Assembly: GCF_988243305.1 (NCBI RefSeq)
Contig: NZ_OZ547136.1
DNA length: 64,000 nucleotides
Reading direction: 5' to 3' (one strand)
Part shown: positions 16,342-27,389 of the stretch, in pieces
How positions within the stretch are numbered: position 1 is the stretch's first letter
Layout of the letters: every line of letters begins with the position of its first letter
Program-made: the position numbers and the translations under genes
Notes under the pieces: generated by a model
The model's input: the letters and a program-made list of their open reading frames with translations, nothing else
Told to the model about the DNA's origin: nothing
The model's database searches: none

Positions 16342-18783
16342 ATGTCACAAGATCCTTTCCAGGAACGCGAAGCTGAAAAATACGCGAATCCCATCCCTAG
16401 TCGGGAATTTATCCTCGAACATTTAACCAAACGTGAAAAACCGGCCAGCCGTGATGAGCTGGCGGTAGAACTGCACATTGAAGGCGAAGAGCAGCTTGAA
16501 GGCCTGCGTCGCCGCCTGCGCGCGATGGAGCGCGATGGTCAACTGGTCTTCACTCGTCGTCAGTGCTATGCGCTGCCGGAACGCCTCGACCTGGTGAAAG
16601 GTACCGTTATTGGCCACCGTGATGGCTACGGCTTTCTGCGGGTTGAAGGGCGTAAAGATGATTTGTATCTCTCCAGCGAGCAGATGAAAACCTGCATTCA
16701 TGGCGATCAGGTGCTGGCGCAGCCGCTGGGCGCTGACCGTAAAGGTCGTCGTGAAGCGCGTATTGTCCGCGTACTGGTGCCAAAAACCAGCCAGATTGTT
16801 GGTCGCTACTTTACCGAAGCGGGCGTCGGCTTTGTGGTTCCTGACGACAGCCGTCTGAGCTTCGATATCTTAATCCCGCCCGATCAGATCATGGGCGCGC
16901 GGATGGGCTTTGTGGTGGTTGTTGAACTGACCCAACGCCCGACTCGCCGTACCAAAGCGGTGGGTAAAATCGTCGAAGTGCTGGGCGACAATATGGGCAC
17001 CGGCATGGCGGTTGATATCGCTCTGCGTACCCATGAAATTCCGTACATCTGGCCGCAGGCTGTTGAGCAACAGGTTGCCGGGCTGAAAGAAGAAGTGCCG
17101 GAAGAAGCAAAAGCGGGCCGTGTTGATCTGCGCGATTTACCGCTGGTCACCATTGATGGCGAAGACGCCCGTGACTTTGACGATGCGGTTTACTGCGAGA
17201 AAAAACGCGGCGGCGGCTGGCGTTTATGGGTCGCGATTGCCGACGTCAGCTACTATGTGCGCCCTCCAACGCCGCTGGACAGAGAAGCGCGTAACCGTGG
17301 TACGTCGGTGTACTTCCCTTCGCAGGTTATCCCGATGCTGCCGGAAGTGCTCTCTAACGGTCTGTGTTCGCTTAACCCGCAGGTAGACCGCCTGTGTATG
17401 GTGTGCGAGATGACGGTTTCGTCGAAAGGCCGCCTGACTGGCTACAAATTCTATGAAGCGGTAATGAGCTCTCACGCACGTCTGACCTACACCAAAGTCT
17501 GGCATATTCTGCAGGGCGATCAGGATCTGCGCGAGCAGTACGCCCCGCTGGTTAAGCATCTCGAAGAGTTGCATAACCTCTATAAAGTGCTGGATAAAGC
17601 CCGTGAAGAACGCGGTGGGATCTCATTTGAGAGCGAAGAAGCGAAGTTCATTTTCAACGCTGAACGCCGTATTGAACGTATCGAACAGACCCAGCGTAAC
17701 GACGCGCACAAATTAATTGAAGAGTGCATGATTCTGGCGAATATCTCGGCGGCGCGTTTCGTTGAGAAAGCGAAAGAACCGGCACTGTTCCGTATTCACG
17801 ACAAGCCGAGCACCGAAGCGATTACCTCTTTCCGTTCAGTGCTGGCGGAGCTGGGGCTGGAGCTGCCGGGTGGTAACAAGCCGGAACCGCGTGACTACGC
17901 GGAACTGCTGGAGTCGGTTGCCGACCGTCCTGATGCAGAAATGCTGCAAACCATGCTGCTACGCTCGATGAAACAGGCGATTTACGATCCAGAAAACCGT
18001 GGTCACTTCGGTCTGGCATTGCAGTCCTATGCGCACTTTACTTCGCCGATTCGTCGTTATCCTGACCTGACGCTGCACCGCGCCATTAAATATCTGCTGG
18101 CGAAAGAGCAGGGGCATCAGGGCAACACCACTGAAACCGGCGGCTACCATTATTCGATGGAAGAGATGTTGCAACTGGGTCAGCACTGTTCGATGGCGGA
18201 ACGTCGTGCCGACGAAGCAACGCGCGATGTCGCTGACTGGCTGAAGTGTGACTTCATGCTCGACCAGGTAGGTAACGTCTTTAAAGGCGTAATTTCCAGC
18301 GTCACTGGCTTTGGCTTCTTCGTCCGTCTGGACGACTTGTTCATTGATGGTCTGGTCCATGTCTCTTCGCTGGACAATGACTACTATCGCTTTGACCAGG
18401 TAGGGCAACGCCTGATGGGGGAATCCAGCGGCCAGACTTATCGCCTGGGCGATCGCGTGGAAGTTCGCGTCGAAGCGGTTAATATGGACGAGCGCAAAAT
18501 CGACTTTAGTCTGATCTCCAGTGAACGCGCACCGCGCAACGTCGGTAAAACGGCGCGCGAGAAAGCGAAAAAAGGCGATGCAGGCAAAAAAGGCGGCAAG
18601 CGTCGTCAGGTCGGTAAAAAGGTAAACTTTGAGCCAGACAGCGCCTTCCGCGGTGAGAAAAAAACGAAGCCGAAAGCGGCGAAGAAAGACGCGAGAAAAG
18701 CGAAAAAGCCATCGGCGAAAACGCAGAAAATAGCCGCAGCGACCAAAGCGAAGCGTGCGGCGAAGAAAAAAGTGGCAGAGTGA
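16342..18783 (+). CDS. rnr: Ribonuclease R (3'-5' exoribonuclease, RNB family)
   Basis: 813-aa form from ATG 16342 inside ORF 16300..18783; RNB catalytic domain, S1 domain, Lys-rich C-terminal tail. Confidence 0.95.
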   Translation: MSQDPFQEREAEKYANPIPSREFILEHLTKREKPASRDELAVELHIEGEEQLEGLRRRLRAMERDGQLVFTRRQCYALPERLDLVKGTVIGHRDGYGFLRVEGRKDDLYLSSEQMKTCIHGDQVLAQPLGADRKGRREARIVRVLVPKTSQIVGRYFTEAGVGFVVPDDSRLSFDILIPPDQIMGARMGFVVVVELTQRPTRRTKAVGKIVEVLGDNMGTGMAVDIALRTHEIPYIWPQAVEQQVAGLKEEVPEEAKAGRVDLRDLPLVTIDGEDARDFDDAVYCEKKRGGGWRLWVAIADVSYYVRPPTPLDREARNRGTSVYFPSQVIPMLPEVLSNGLCSLNPQVDRLCMVCEMTVSSKGRLTGYKFYEAVMSSHARLTYTKVWHILQGDQDLREQYAPLVKHLEELHNLYKVLDKAREERGGISFESEEAKFIFNAERRIERIEQTQRNDAHKLIEECMILANISAARFVEKAKEPALFRIHDKPSTEAITSFRSVLAELGLELPGGNKPEPRDYAELLESVADRPDAEMLQTMLLRSMKQAIYDPENRGHFGLALQSYAHFTSPIRRYPDLTLHRAIKYLLAKEQGHQGNTTETGGYHYSMEEMLQLGQHCSMAERRADEATRDVADWLKCDFMLDQVGNVFKGVISSVTGFGFFVRLDDLFIDGLVHVSSLDNDYYRFDQVGQRLMGESSGQTYRLGDRVEVRVEAVNMDERKIDFSLISSERAPRNVGKTAREKAKKGDAGKKGGKRRQVGKKVNFEPDSAFRGEKKTKPKAAKKDARKAKKPSAKTQKIAAATKAKRAAKKKVAE

Positions 18784-18837
18784 TCAATACCCTCTTTAAA
18801 AGAAGAGGGTTAGATTGCTGACAAAATGCGCTTTGTT

Positions 18838-18940
18838 CATGCCGGATGCGGCGTGAACGCCTTATCCGGCCTACATAATCACGCAAATTCAATATATTGC
18901 AGAGATCATGTAGGCCGGATAAACGTAGTGCATCAGGCAA
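18838..18940. repeat. REP/BIME-type palindromic units (inverted pair)
   Basis: GCCGGATGCGGCGTGAACGCCTTATCCGGCCTACA and inverted TGTAGGCCGGATAAACG... between rnr and rlmB. Confidence 0.8.
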
Positions 18941-18962
18941 AACGTAAACAACGAGTACATTA

Positions 18963-19694
18963 ATGAGCGAAATGATTTACGGCATCCACGCAGTGCAGGC
19001 CCTGCTGGAGCGCGCCCCTGAACGTTTTCAGGAAGTCTTTATTTTAAAAGGTCGTGAAGATAAACGTCTGTTACCGCTGATTCACGCCCTTGAGTCTCAG
19101 GGCGTGGTTATCCAGTTGGCAAACCGCCAATATCTCGACGAGAAAAGCGACGGTGCCGTGCATCAGGGCATTATCGCCCGCGTGAAGCCAGGACGTCAGT
19201 ATCAGGAAAACGATCTGCCGGATCTGATCGCTTCGCTCGATCAACCGTTCCTGCTGATCCTCGACGGCGTAACCGATCCGCACAACCTCGGCGCGTGCCT
19301 GCGTAGCGCGGACGCTGCTGGCGTTCACGCGGTGATTGTGCCGAAAGATCGCTCCGCACAGCTCAACGCTACGGCGAAAAAAGTAGCCTGCGGCGCGGCA
19401 GAAAGCGTTCCGCTGATTCGGGTGACTAACCTTGCGCGCACCATGCGTATGTTGCAGGAAGAGAATATCTGGATCGTCGGTACGGCAGGCGAGGCGGATC
19501 ATACACTCTATCAGAGCAAAATGACCGGACGCCTGGCGCTGGTGATGGGTGCGGAAGGTGAAGGTATGCGTCGCCTGACTCGTGAACATTGCGATGAGTT
19601 GATCAGCATCCCGATGGCTGGAAGCGTTTCTTCCCTGAACGTTTCGGTTGCGACCGGAATTTGCTTATTTGAAGCGGTGCGCCAGCGCAGCTAA
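18963..19694 (+). CDS. rlmB: 23S rRNA (guanosine2251-2'-O)-methyltransferase RlmB
   Basis: 243 aa; SpoU/TrmH methyltransferase motifs. Confidence 0.95.
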
Positions 19695-19711
19695 TTTCTC
19701 AGAATTATGAA

Positions 19712-19742
19712 AAGCCATCCAGATTTGGATGGTTTTTTTTTG
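19712..19742 (+). terminator. Rho-independent terminator after rlmB
   Basis: Stem CCATCC/GGATGG with 5-6 nt loop followed by a run of 9 T. Confidence 0.75.
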
Positions 19743-19820
19743 TCTATAGCTGGTAAGATAATTACGTATTGCAAATATTCATTTTATTAATATTTAAACT
19801 TAATCTATATGGAATAATAT

Positions 19821-20222
19821 ATGACATGGAATCCGTTGGCGCTAGCGACGGCGCTGCAAACTGTACCTGAACAAAATATTGATGTAACAAATAGCGAGAA
19901 CGCATTAATTATTAAAATGAATGATTATGGCGATTTGCAAATCAATATTCTTTTTACTTCCCGCCAAATGATTATCGAAACCTTTATTTGTCCGGTGAGT
20001 AGTATCAGCAATCCAGATGAATTTAATACCTTCTTATTAAGAAATCAGAAGATGATGCCGTTGTCATCGGTAGGGATCTCCAGCGTACAACAGGAAGAGT
20101 ATTACATTGTTTTCGGGGCGTTATCGCTTAAATCTTCTCTTGAAGATATCCTGCTTGAGATAACCTCGCTGGTAGATAACGCATTGGATCTGGCTGAAAT
20201 TACAGAAGAATATTCACACTAA
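19821..20222 (+). CDS. yjfI: DUF2170 protein YjfI
   Basis: 133 aa; AT-rich upstream region; first gene of the yjfIJKLMC cluster. Confidence 0.85.
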   Translation: MTWNPLALATALQTVPEQNIDVTNSENALIIKMNDYGDLQINILFTSRQMIIETFICPVSSISNPDEFNTFLLRNQKMMPLSSVGISSVQQEEYYIVFGALSLKSSLEDILLEITSLVDNALDLAEITEEYSH

Positions 20223-20240
20223 TTACAAGGACGGGTATTT

Positions 20241-20939
20241 ATGGGAATTTTAAAAAGTTTATTTACGCTGGGGAAATCGTTTATCTCCCAGGCGGAAGAA
20301 TCCATTGAAGAAACCCAGGGCGTGCGCATGCTGGAACAGCATATTCGTGACGCTAAAGCTGAACTCGATAAAGCCGGAAAATCTCGCGTTGATCTGCTGG
20401 CGCGGGTGAAATTAAGTCACGATAAGCTGAAAGATTTACGTGAGCGCAAAGCCAGTCTGGAAGCCCGTGCGCTGGAAGCGTTAAGCAAGAACGTTAATCC
20501 GTCGTTGATTAACGAAGTTGCTGAAGAAATCGCGCGCCTTGAGAATCTCATTACCGCTGAAGAGCAAGTGTTGTCGAATCTGGAAGTCTCCCGTGATGGC
20601 GTGGAAAAAGCAGTTACAGCGACAGCGCAGCGTATCGCTCAGTTTGAGCAGCAAATGGAAGTCGTTAAAGCCACTGAAGCCATGCAGCGTGCACAACAGG
20701 CTGTAACAACCTCTACCGTTGGCGCATCTTCCAGCGTTTCGACAGCGGCAGAATCCTTAAAACGCCTGCAAACGCGTCAGGCCGAACGTCAGGCTCGCCT
20801 GGATGCTGCCGCACAGTTGGAGAAAGTCGCAGACGGTCGCGACCTTGACGAAAAGCTGGCGGAAGCCGGAATTGGCGGTAGCAATAAAAGTAGCGCCCAG
20901 GATGTATTAGCAAGACTGCAACGCCAACAGGGCGAGTAA
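20241..20939 (+). CDS. yjfJ: PspA/IM30-family protein YjfJ
   Basis: 232 aa, predicted long coiled coil, PspA/Vipp1-like. Confidence 0.88.
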   Translation: MGILKSLFTLGKSFISQAEESIEETQGVRMLEQHIRDAKAELDKAGKSRVDLLARVKLSHDKLKDLRERKASLEARALEALSKNVNPSLINEVAEEIARLENLITAEEQVLSNLEVSRDGVEKAVTATAQRIAQFEQQMEVVKATEAMQRAQQAVTTSTVGASSSVSTAAESLKRLQTRQAERQARLDAAAQLEKVADGRDLDEKLAEAGIGGSNKSSAQDVLARLQRQQGE

Positions 20940-20946
20940 TTTTTTT

Positions 20947-20979
20947 GCCAGCCTCGCTAAAAGGCTGGCAACTATTTTA
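20947..20979 (+). terminator. Hairpin plus T-tract after yjfJ (possible attenuator or terminator)
   Basis: Stem GCCAGCCT/AGGCTGGC followed by AACTATTTT. Confidence 0.45.
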
Positions 20980-20989
20980 AGGATAAAAT

Positions 20990-21649
20990 ATGTCTGGTTT
21001 TTTCCAGCGTCTGTTTGGCAAGGATAATAAGCCTGCTATCGCTCGCGGTCCGCTGGGACTTCATCTCAATAGTGGCTTTACGCTCGACACGTTAGCGTTT
21101 CGTTTGCTGGAAGATGAATTGCTGATTGCGCTGCCGGGTGAGGAATTTACGGTAGCCGCTGTCAGCCACATCGATCTGGGCGGCGGTAGTCAGATTTTCC
21201 GCTACTACACTTCAGGCGATGAATTTCTGCAAATCAATACCACCGGCGGCGAAGATATTGATGACATTGATGATATCAAGCTCTTTGTCTATGAAGAGAG
21301 CTACGGTATCAGTAAAGAGAGTCACTGGCGCGAGGCGATCAACGCCAAAGTGATGGGGGCAATGATCTTAAACTGGCAGGAAAAACGCTGGCAGCGATTT
21401 TTTAACAGCGAAGAACCGGGAAATATCGAACCCGTCTACATGCTGGAAAAAGTAGAAAATCAAAACCATGCCAAATGGGAGGTCCATAATTTTACCATGG
21501 GCTACCAACGCCAAGTAACCGAAGATACTTACGAATATTTGCTGTTAAATGGTGAGGAATCTTTTAACGATCTCGGCGAGCCAGAGTGGTTATTTTCGCG
21601 CGCGTTGGGTGTCGATATCCCGCTGACATCACTTCATATTATTGGTTAA
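20990..21649 (+). CDS. yjfK: DUF2491 protein YjfK
   Basis: 219 aa; conserved order after yjfJ. Confidence 0.85.
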   Translation: MSGFFQRLFGKDNKPAIARGPLGLHLNSGFTLDTLAFRLLEDELLIALPGEEFTVAAVSHIDLGGGSQIFRYYTSGDEFLQINTTGGEDIDDIDDIKLFVYEESYGISKESHWREAINAKVMGAMILNWQEKRWQRFFNSEEPGNIEPVYMLEKVENQNHAKWEVHNFTMGYQRQVTEDTYEYLLLNGEESFNDLGEPEWLFSRALGVDIPLTSLHIIG

Positions 21650-21666
21650 TTACAAGGACGTTTACA

Positions 21667-22065
21667 ATGCATATACTGGATTCACTTCTTGCCTTTAGCG
21701 CCTATTTTTTTATTGGCGTGGCTATGGTGATTATTTTTCTTTTTATCTATTCTAAAATTACACCGCACAACGAATGGCAGTTAATCAAAAACAATAATAC
21801 CGCGGCTTCACTGGCGTTCAGTGGTACATTGTTAGGTTACGTTATCCCATTATCCAGTGCGGCAATCAATGCGGTGAGTATTCCAGACTATTTCGCCTGG
21901 GGCGGGATTGCACTGGTGATTCAGTTACTCGTTTTTGCTGGTGTCAGACTTTATATGCCCGCATTAAGCGAAAAAATTATTAATCACAATACCGCAGCAG
22001 GAATGTTTATGGGAACCGCCGCGCTGGCTGGCGGTATTTTTAACGCAGCTTGTATGACATGGTAA
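21667..22065 (+). CDS. yjfL: DUF350 inner membrane protein YjfL
   Basis: 132-aa form from ATG 21667 (MHILDSLLAF...); multiple TM helices. Confidence 0.85.
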   Translation: MHILDSLLAFSAYFFIGVAMVIIFLFIYSKITPHNEWQLIKNNNTAASLAFSGTLLGYVIPLSSAAINAVSIPDYFAWGGIALVIQLLVFAGVRLYMPALSEKIINHNTAAGMFMGTAALAGGIFNAACMTW

Positions 22066-22074
22066 TGGACGATC

Positions 22075-22713
22075 ATGGCCAGAAAACGCAAATCAAGAAA
22101 TAACAGTAAAATTGGTCACGGAGCGATCAGTCGCATTGGAAGACCGCATAATCCTTTTGAGCCGCGCCGCAATCGCTACGCACAAAAATACTTAACGTTG
22201 GTGCTAATGGGCGGTGCCGTTTTTTTAATAGTCAAAGGATGGAGTGAAAGTAGCGATGTCGATAACGACGGCGACGGAACGTTTTACTCGACAGTGCAGG
22301 ATTGTATTGATGACGGTAATAATGCCGACATTTGCGCGCGTGGCTGGAATAACGCCAAAGCGGCGTTTTATGCCGATGTTCCGAAGAATATGACTCAGCA
22401 GAACTGTCAGTCTAAGTATGAAAATTGTTACTACGACAACGTTGAACAGAGTTGGATCCCGGTAATATCTGGATTTTTGTTAAGCCGGGTTATTCGTAAA
22501 GATCGCGATGAGCAGTTTGTTTATAACAGCGGCGGATCCTCATTTGCTTCCCGCCCCGTCTGGCGCAACACTTCCGGTGATTACTCCTGGCGCTCCGGTT
22601 CTGGCAAAAAAGAGTCTTACTCTTCAGGCGGCTTTACCACCAAAAAAGCGTCAACCGTTTCGCGCGGCGGCTATGGTCGTTCTTCCAGCGCCCGTGGGCA
22701 TTGGGGAGGCTAA
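22075..22713 (+). CDS. yjfM: DUF1190 protein YjfM
   Basis: 212 aa; basic N-terminus, TM segment, Ser/Gly-rich C-terminus. Confidence 0.85.
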   Translation: MARKRKSRNNSKIGHGAISRIGRPHNPFEPRRNRYAQKYLTLVLMGGAVFLIVKGWSESSDVDNDGDGTFYSTVQDCIDDGNNADICARGWNNAKAAFYADVPKNMTQQNCQSKYENCYYDNVEQSWIPVISGFLLSRVIRKDRDEQFVYNSGGSSFASRPVWRNTSGDYSWRSGSGKKESYSSGGFTTKKASTVSRGGYGRSSSARGHWGG

Positions 22714-22715
22714 TC

Positions 22716-23879
22716 ATGCTGAGACACAACGTTCCTGTGCGACGGGATCTGGACCAGATCGCCGCTAACAACGGTTTCGACTTTCATATCATCGACAATG
22801 AAATCTATTGGGATGAGAGTCGGGCTTACCGTTTTACTCTGCGCCAGATTGAAGAGCAGATCGAAAAACCGACTGCGGAACTGCATCAGATGTGCCTTGA
22901 GGTGGTGGATCGCGCGGTTAAAGACGAAGAGATCCTGACGCAACTGGCGATCCCGCCGTTGTACTGGGATGTGATCGCCGAAAGCTGGCGCGCACGCGAT
23001 CCTTCGCTGTATGGCCGGATGGATTTTGCCTGGTGTGGCAATGCGCCGGTGAAGCTGCTGGAGTACAACGCCGATACGCCGACCTCGTTGTATGAGTCGG
23101 CTTATTTCCAGTGGTTGTGGCTGGAGGATGCCCGGCGCAGCGGCATTATTCCGCGTGATGCCGATCAGTACAATGCCATTCAGGAACGCCTGATGTCGCG
23201 CTTTAGTGAGCTTTACAGTCGGGAACCGTTTTATTTTTGCTGCTGTCAGGACACCGATGAAGACAGGACTACCGTGCTGTACTTGCAGGACTGCGCCCAG
23301 CAGGCAGGGCAGGAGTCGCGGTTTATCTACATTGAAGATCTCGGTTTGGGCGTCGGCGGCGTACTGACCGATCTTGATGATAATGTCATCCAGCGTGCAT
23401 TTAAGCTGTATCCGCTGGAGTGGATGATGCGTGACGATAACGGTCCGCTGCTGCGCAAGCGTCGCGAGCAATGGGTGGAGCCGTTATGGAAAAGTATCTT
23501 GAGTAATAAAGGGCTAATGCCGCTGCTTTGGCGCTTCTTCCCTGGTCATCCTAACCTTCTTGCATCCTGGTTTGAAGGTGAAAAACCGCAGATTGCCGCT
23601 GGCGAAAGCTATGTGCGTAAACCGATCTACTCGCGCGAAGGCGGCAACGTCACCATTTTCGACGGTCAGAATAACGTCGTTGACCACGCTGATGGTGATT
23701 ACGCCGATGAACCGATGATCTACCAGGCGTTTCAACCTCTGCCGCGATTTGGCGATAGCTACACACTCATCGGTAGCTGGATTGTCGATGATGAAGCGTG
23801 CGGAATGGGGATCCGTGAAGATAACACGCTGATCACCAAAGACACCTCTCGTTTCGTTCCGCATTACATTGCTGGCTAA
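22716..23879 (+). CDS. yjfC: Glutathionylspermidine-synthase-like ATP-grasp protein YjfC
   Basis: 387-aa form from ATG 22716 (MLRHNVPVRRDLDQIA...); 2-nt gap after yjfM. Confidence 0.88.
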   Translation: MLRHNVPVRRDLDQIAANNGFDFHIIDNEIYWDESRAYRFTLRQIEEQIEKPTAELHQMCLEVVDRAVKDEEILTQLAIPPLYWDVIAESWRARDPSLYGRMDFAWCGNAPVKLLEYNADTPTSLYESAYFQWLWLEDARRSGIIPRDADQYNAIQERLMSRFSELYSREPFYFCCCQDTDEDRTTVLYLQDCAQQAGQESRFIYIEDLGLGVGGVLTDLDDNVIQRAFKLYPLEWMMRDDNGPLLRKRREQWVEPLWKSILSNKGLMPLLWRFFPGHPNLLASWFEGEKPQIAAGESYVRKPIYSREGGNVTIFDGQNNVVDHADGDYADEPMIYQAFQPLPRFGDSYTLIGSWIVDDEACGMGIREDNTLITKDTSRFVPHYIAG

Positions 23880-23962
23880 GAATGTTTTAGCAATCTCTTT
23901 CTGTCAGGAATCCATGGCAGTGACCATACTAAAGGTGACTGCCATTGATGGAGGGAGACACA

Positions 23963-25588
23963 GTGCACTGGCAAACTCACACCGTTTTTAATCAACCTAT
24001 ACCATTAAATAACAGCAACTTATACCTGTCTGATGGCGCGCTCTGCGAAGCGGTAACGCGTGAAGGTGCTGGCTGGGATAGCGATTTTCTAGCCAGTATT
24101 GGTCAGCAGTTAGGAACGGCTGAATCCCTTGAACTGGGGCGGCTGGCGAATGTGAATCCGCCTGAATTATTGCGCTACGATGCGCAAGGACGCCGTCTGG
24201 ACGATGTGCGTTTTCACCCCGCCTGGCACCTGCTGATGCAGGCGCTATGTACCAATCGGGTGCACAATCTTGCCTGGGAAGAAGACGCTCGCTCCGGCGC
24301 ATTTGTGGCGCGCGCGGCGCGTTTTATGTTACATGCGCAGGTTGAGGCGGGGTCGTTATGTCCGATAACCATGACCTTTGCCGCCACGCCATTGTTGTTA
24401 CAGATGTTACCCACGCCGTTTCAGGACTGGACCACGCCGCTGCTGAGCGATCGCTACGATTCTCACTTATTGCCAGGTGGGCAAAAACGCGGTTTGTTGA
24501 TTGGCATGGGAATGACGGAAAAGCAGGGCGGTTCCGATGTCATGAGCAACACCACCCGCGCAGAGCGCCTGGAAGATGGCTCTTATCGGCTGGTGGGGCA
24601 TAAATGGTTTTTCTCGGTGCCGCAAAGCGATGCGCATCTGGTGCTGGCGCAGACTACGGGCGGTTTGTCCTGCTTTTTTGTGCCGCGCTTTTTGCCTGAC
24701 GGGCAACGCAACGCGATTCGCCTCGAGCGGCTGAAAGATAAGCTGGGTAATCGCTCTAACGCCAGCTGCGAAGTGGAGTTTCAGGATGCCATTGGCTGGT
24801 TGTTGGGGCAGGAAGGGGAAGGAATTCGTCTGATCCTGAAAATGGGTGGGATGACGCGTTTTGATTGCGCCCTGGGTAGCCATGCCATGATGCGCCGTGC
24901 GTTCTCGCTGGCGATTTATCATGCACATCAACGCCATGTTTTTGGTAATCCATTGATCCAACAGCCCCTTATGCGTCATGTCTTAAGTCGCATGGCACTT
25001 CAGCTTGAAGGGCAAACGGCGTTGCTGTTTCGTCTTGCGCGAGCGTGGGACCGGCGTGCCGATGCCAAAGAAGCTCTGTGGGCGCGTTTATTTACACCTG
25101 CGGCAAAATTTGTGATCTGCAAAAGAGGTATGCCGTTTGTGGCCGAAGCGATGGAGGTGCTGGGCGGCATTGGTTATTGCGAGGAGAGCGAGCTGCCGCG
25201 GCTTTACCGGGAGATGCCGGTAAACAGTATTTGGGAAGGTTCCGGCAATATTATGTGCCTGGATGTGCTGCGCGTTCTCAATAAACAAGCGGGCGTATAC
25301 GACTTATTGTCGGAAGCATTTGTGGAAGTGAAAGGGCAGGATCGCTATTTTGATCGCGCGGTTCGTCGTTTACAGCAGCAGCTGCGTAAGCCAGCTGAAG
25401 AACTGGGGCGAGAGATTACTCATCAGCTATTCCTGCTGGGCTGCGGTGCGCAAATGTTGAAATATGCCTCTCCGCCAATGGCGCAGGCGTGGTGTCAGGT
25501 GATGTTAGATACGCGCGGCGGCGTACGGTTGTCAGAGCAGATCCAGAATGATTTATTGCTGCGGGCGACGGGGGGAGTGTGTGTGTAA
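23963..25588 (+). CDS. aidB: Adaptive-response acyl-CoA dehydrogenase-like protein AidB
   Basis: 541-aa form with GTG start 23963 (VHWQTHTVFNQ...); acyl-CoA dehydrogenase fold. Confidence 0.9.
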   Translation: MHWQTHTVFNQPIPLNNSNLYLSDGALCEAVTREGAGWDSDFLASIGQQLGTAESLELGRLANVNPPELLRYDAQGRRLDDVRFHPAWHLLMQALCTNRVHNLAWEEDARSGAFVARAARFMLHAQVEAGSLCPITMTFAATPLLLQMLPTPFQDWTTPLLSDRYDSHLLPGGQKRGLLIGMGMTEKQGGSDVMSNTTRAERLEDGSYRLVGHKWFFSVPQSDAHLVLAQTTGGLSCFFVPRFLPDGQRNAIRLERLKDKLGNRSNASCEVEFQDAIGWLLGQEGEGIRLILKMGGMTRFDCALGSHAMMRRAFSLAIYHAHQRHVFGNPLIQQPLMRHVLSRMALQLEGQTALLFRLARAWDRRADAKEALWARLFTPAAKFVICKRGMPFVAEAMEVLGGIGYCEESELPRLYREMPVNSIWEGSGNIMCLDVLRVLNKQAGVYDLLSEAFVEVKGQDRYFDRAVRRLQQQLRKPAEELGREITHQLFLLGCGAQMLKYASPPMAQAWCQVMLDTRGGVRLSEQIQNDLLLRATGGVCV

Positions 25589-25645
25589 GCGTATACGACT
25601 GATGCGACGCTGGTTTCGATTAACTCAATGAAATATGTGAAAATT

Positions 25646-25683
25646 GTAGGCCGGACAAGGCGCTCGCGCCGCATCCGGCATTG
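25646..25683. repeat. REP palindromic unit
   Basis: GTAGGCCGGACAAGGCGCTCGCGCCGCATCCGGCA between aidB and yjfN. Confidence 0.75.
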
Positions 25684-25704
25684 TTCATTTGCTGTAGATG
25701 ACAC

Positions 25705-25980
25705 TCATGCATACAGGATCGCCTGTACGCGCCAGTTATCAGGCTGCTGGTCTTCGTACATGGTAATAATGCGGTACCATGACGCACCTTGTTCATCGGC
25801 CTTTAACGCCACGATACGTTCCACGTCCTGCGGATCCCCTGAAATATTGCTAACTGAGATCTGACCTATTTCATTCAGGCCCGTCACGCAGTCAGCACTG
25901 GCGAATTCTGCAGACTGTGCCGTGGCGCTCGCAGGATAAGTCACTAATTGCAGCGAGGGTGAGGCAAGTAATTGTTTCAT
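25705..25980 (-). CDS. yjfN: DUF1471 (YhcN-family) small periplasmic protein YjfN
   Basis: 91-aa form from ATG 25980 (MKQLLASPSLQL...); signal peptide. Confidence 0.85.
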   Translation of the reverse strand: MKQLLASPSLQLVTYPASATAQSAEFASADCVTGLNEIGQISVSNISGDPQDVERIVALKADEQGASWYRIITMYEDQQPDNWRVQAILYA

Positions 25981-26128
25981 CGTCAGCTCCATTTTTCGTT
26001 TCCCCACATGTTGCAGGGCATTCCATCGCGGTAATAAACGCCCAGGCTTCCAGCCGGTAATTTATTGTGCACAGGTAAACGCATAGGGACGCAAAGCAAT
26101 GTAAAGCTGACTATGTAAGTTGTCTGAT

Positions 26129-26458
26129 TTATTTACGGTACAAAATGGCTTGTGAATACCACTGTCCTGTCACGATGGTTTCGTCCACCATGACGACAAC
26201 GTAATAATCAGCTTTTGCAGCGACAGCTTTCGCTCTGATTTCTGCTAAAGCGTCATCCGGAGAACCCCGAACCATCGTGCTTACGCTACCTATTCGCTGT
26301 AACCCTTGCGTCTGGTCGCGGCGAATCTCTTGCGGATGGTTCGTTACTGGCGGTGCTGGCTGTGGCGTACCTTGCAGTGCGCTACAGGCACTTAACATCA
26401 ACACCAATAATAAACTGGCAAACCGGTAAATAACGCTATTACGTTTCCTGCTAACCAT
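26129..26458 (-). CDS. bsmA: Biofilm stress and motility lipoprotein BsmA (YjfO)
   Basis: 109-aa form from ATG 26458 (MVSRKRNSVIYRFASLLLVLMLSAC...); lipobox LSAC. Confidence 0.85.
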   Translation of the reverse strand: MVSRKRNSVIYRFASLLLVLMLSACSALQGTPQPAPPVTNHPQEIRRDQTQGLQRIGSVSTMVRGSPDDALAEIRAKAVAAKADYYVVVMVDETIVTGQWYSQAILYRK

Positions 26459-26639
26459 AGTGTAGTGCCTTATTAATTTAACTTTGGGGGAATGTTCCCG
26501 AATTGTTACCTGGTACGCGATTTTCGAATGAAAACGTGACGAAAGCGTAACCCACATCTCAACATTATGAACTAATACCGCCAGCAGAAACTTGTGCTAA
26601 GGATTTCTTCATGTCATACCAGACAAAAAGGAGAGACAG

Positions 26640-27389
26640 ATGATTGAAATAGAATCACGCGAGCTGGCAGATATTCCCGTTCTTCATGCTTATCCTGTCG
26701 GGCAAAAAGATACCCCGTTACCGTGCGTAATTTTTTATCACGGCTTTACTTCATCCAGCCTGGTGTATAGCTATTTTGCCGTTGCGCTGGCGCAGGCTGG
26801 TTTGCGGGTGATCATGCCGGATGCGCCCGATCACGGTAGCCGTTTTAGTGGCGACGCAGCGCGGCGGTTAAATCAATTCTGGCAAATCTTGCTACAAAGT
26901 ATGCAGGAATTCACTACTTTACGTGCGGCAATAGCCGAAGAAAACTGGCTGCTTGATGACCGTCTGGCAGTCGGTGGCGCGTCGATGGGCGCGATGACGG
27001 CACTGGGAATTACCGCTCGCCACCCCACGGTGAAATGTACCGCCAGCATGATGGGATCGGGCTATTTTACATCGCTCGCCCGTTCACTGTTTCCACCGCT
27101 GATACCTGAAACGGCAGCACAGCAGAATGAATTCAATAACATTATCGCGCCGCTGGCAGAGTGGGAAGCGACAAACCACCTGGAACAACTTGGGGACAGA
27201 CCTCTACTGCTGTGGCATGGCCTCGACGATGACGTTGTGCCTGCCGACGAATCACTACGTTTGCAGCAGGCCTTAAGCGAGACGGGACGGGATAAACTGC
27301 TAACCTGTTCATGGCAGCCAGGCGTGCGTCACCGCATTACGCCTGAGGCGTTAGATGCTGCCGTGACATTTTTCCGCCAGCATCTTTAA
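26640..27389 (+). CDS. yjfP: Alpha/beta-hydrolase esterase YjfP
   Basis: 249 aa; nucleophile motif GASMG. Confidence 0.9.

Noticed and set aside
22508-22768. 86-aa ORF spanning the yjfM / yjfC junction
   Set aside because: Overlaps both genes in an alternative frame; no independent support.
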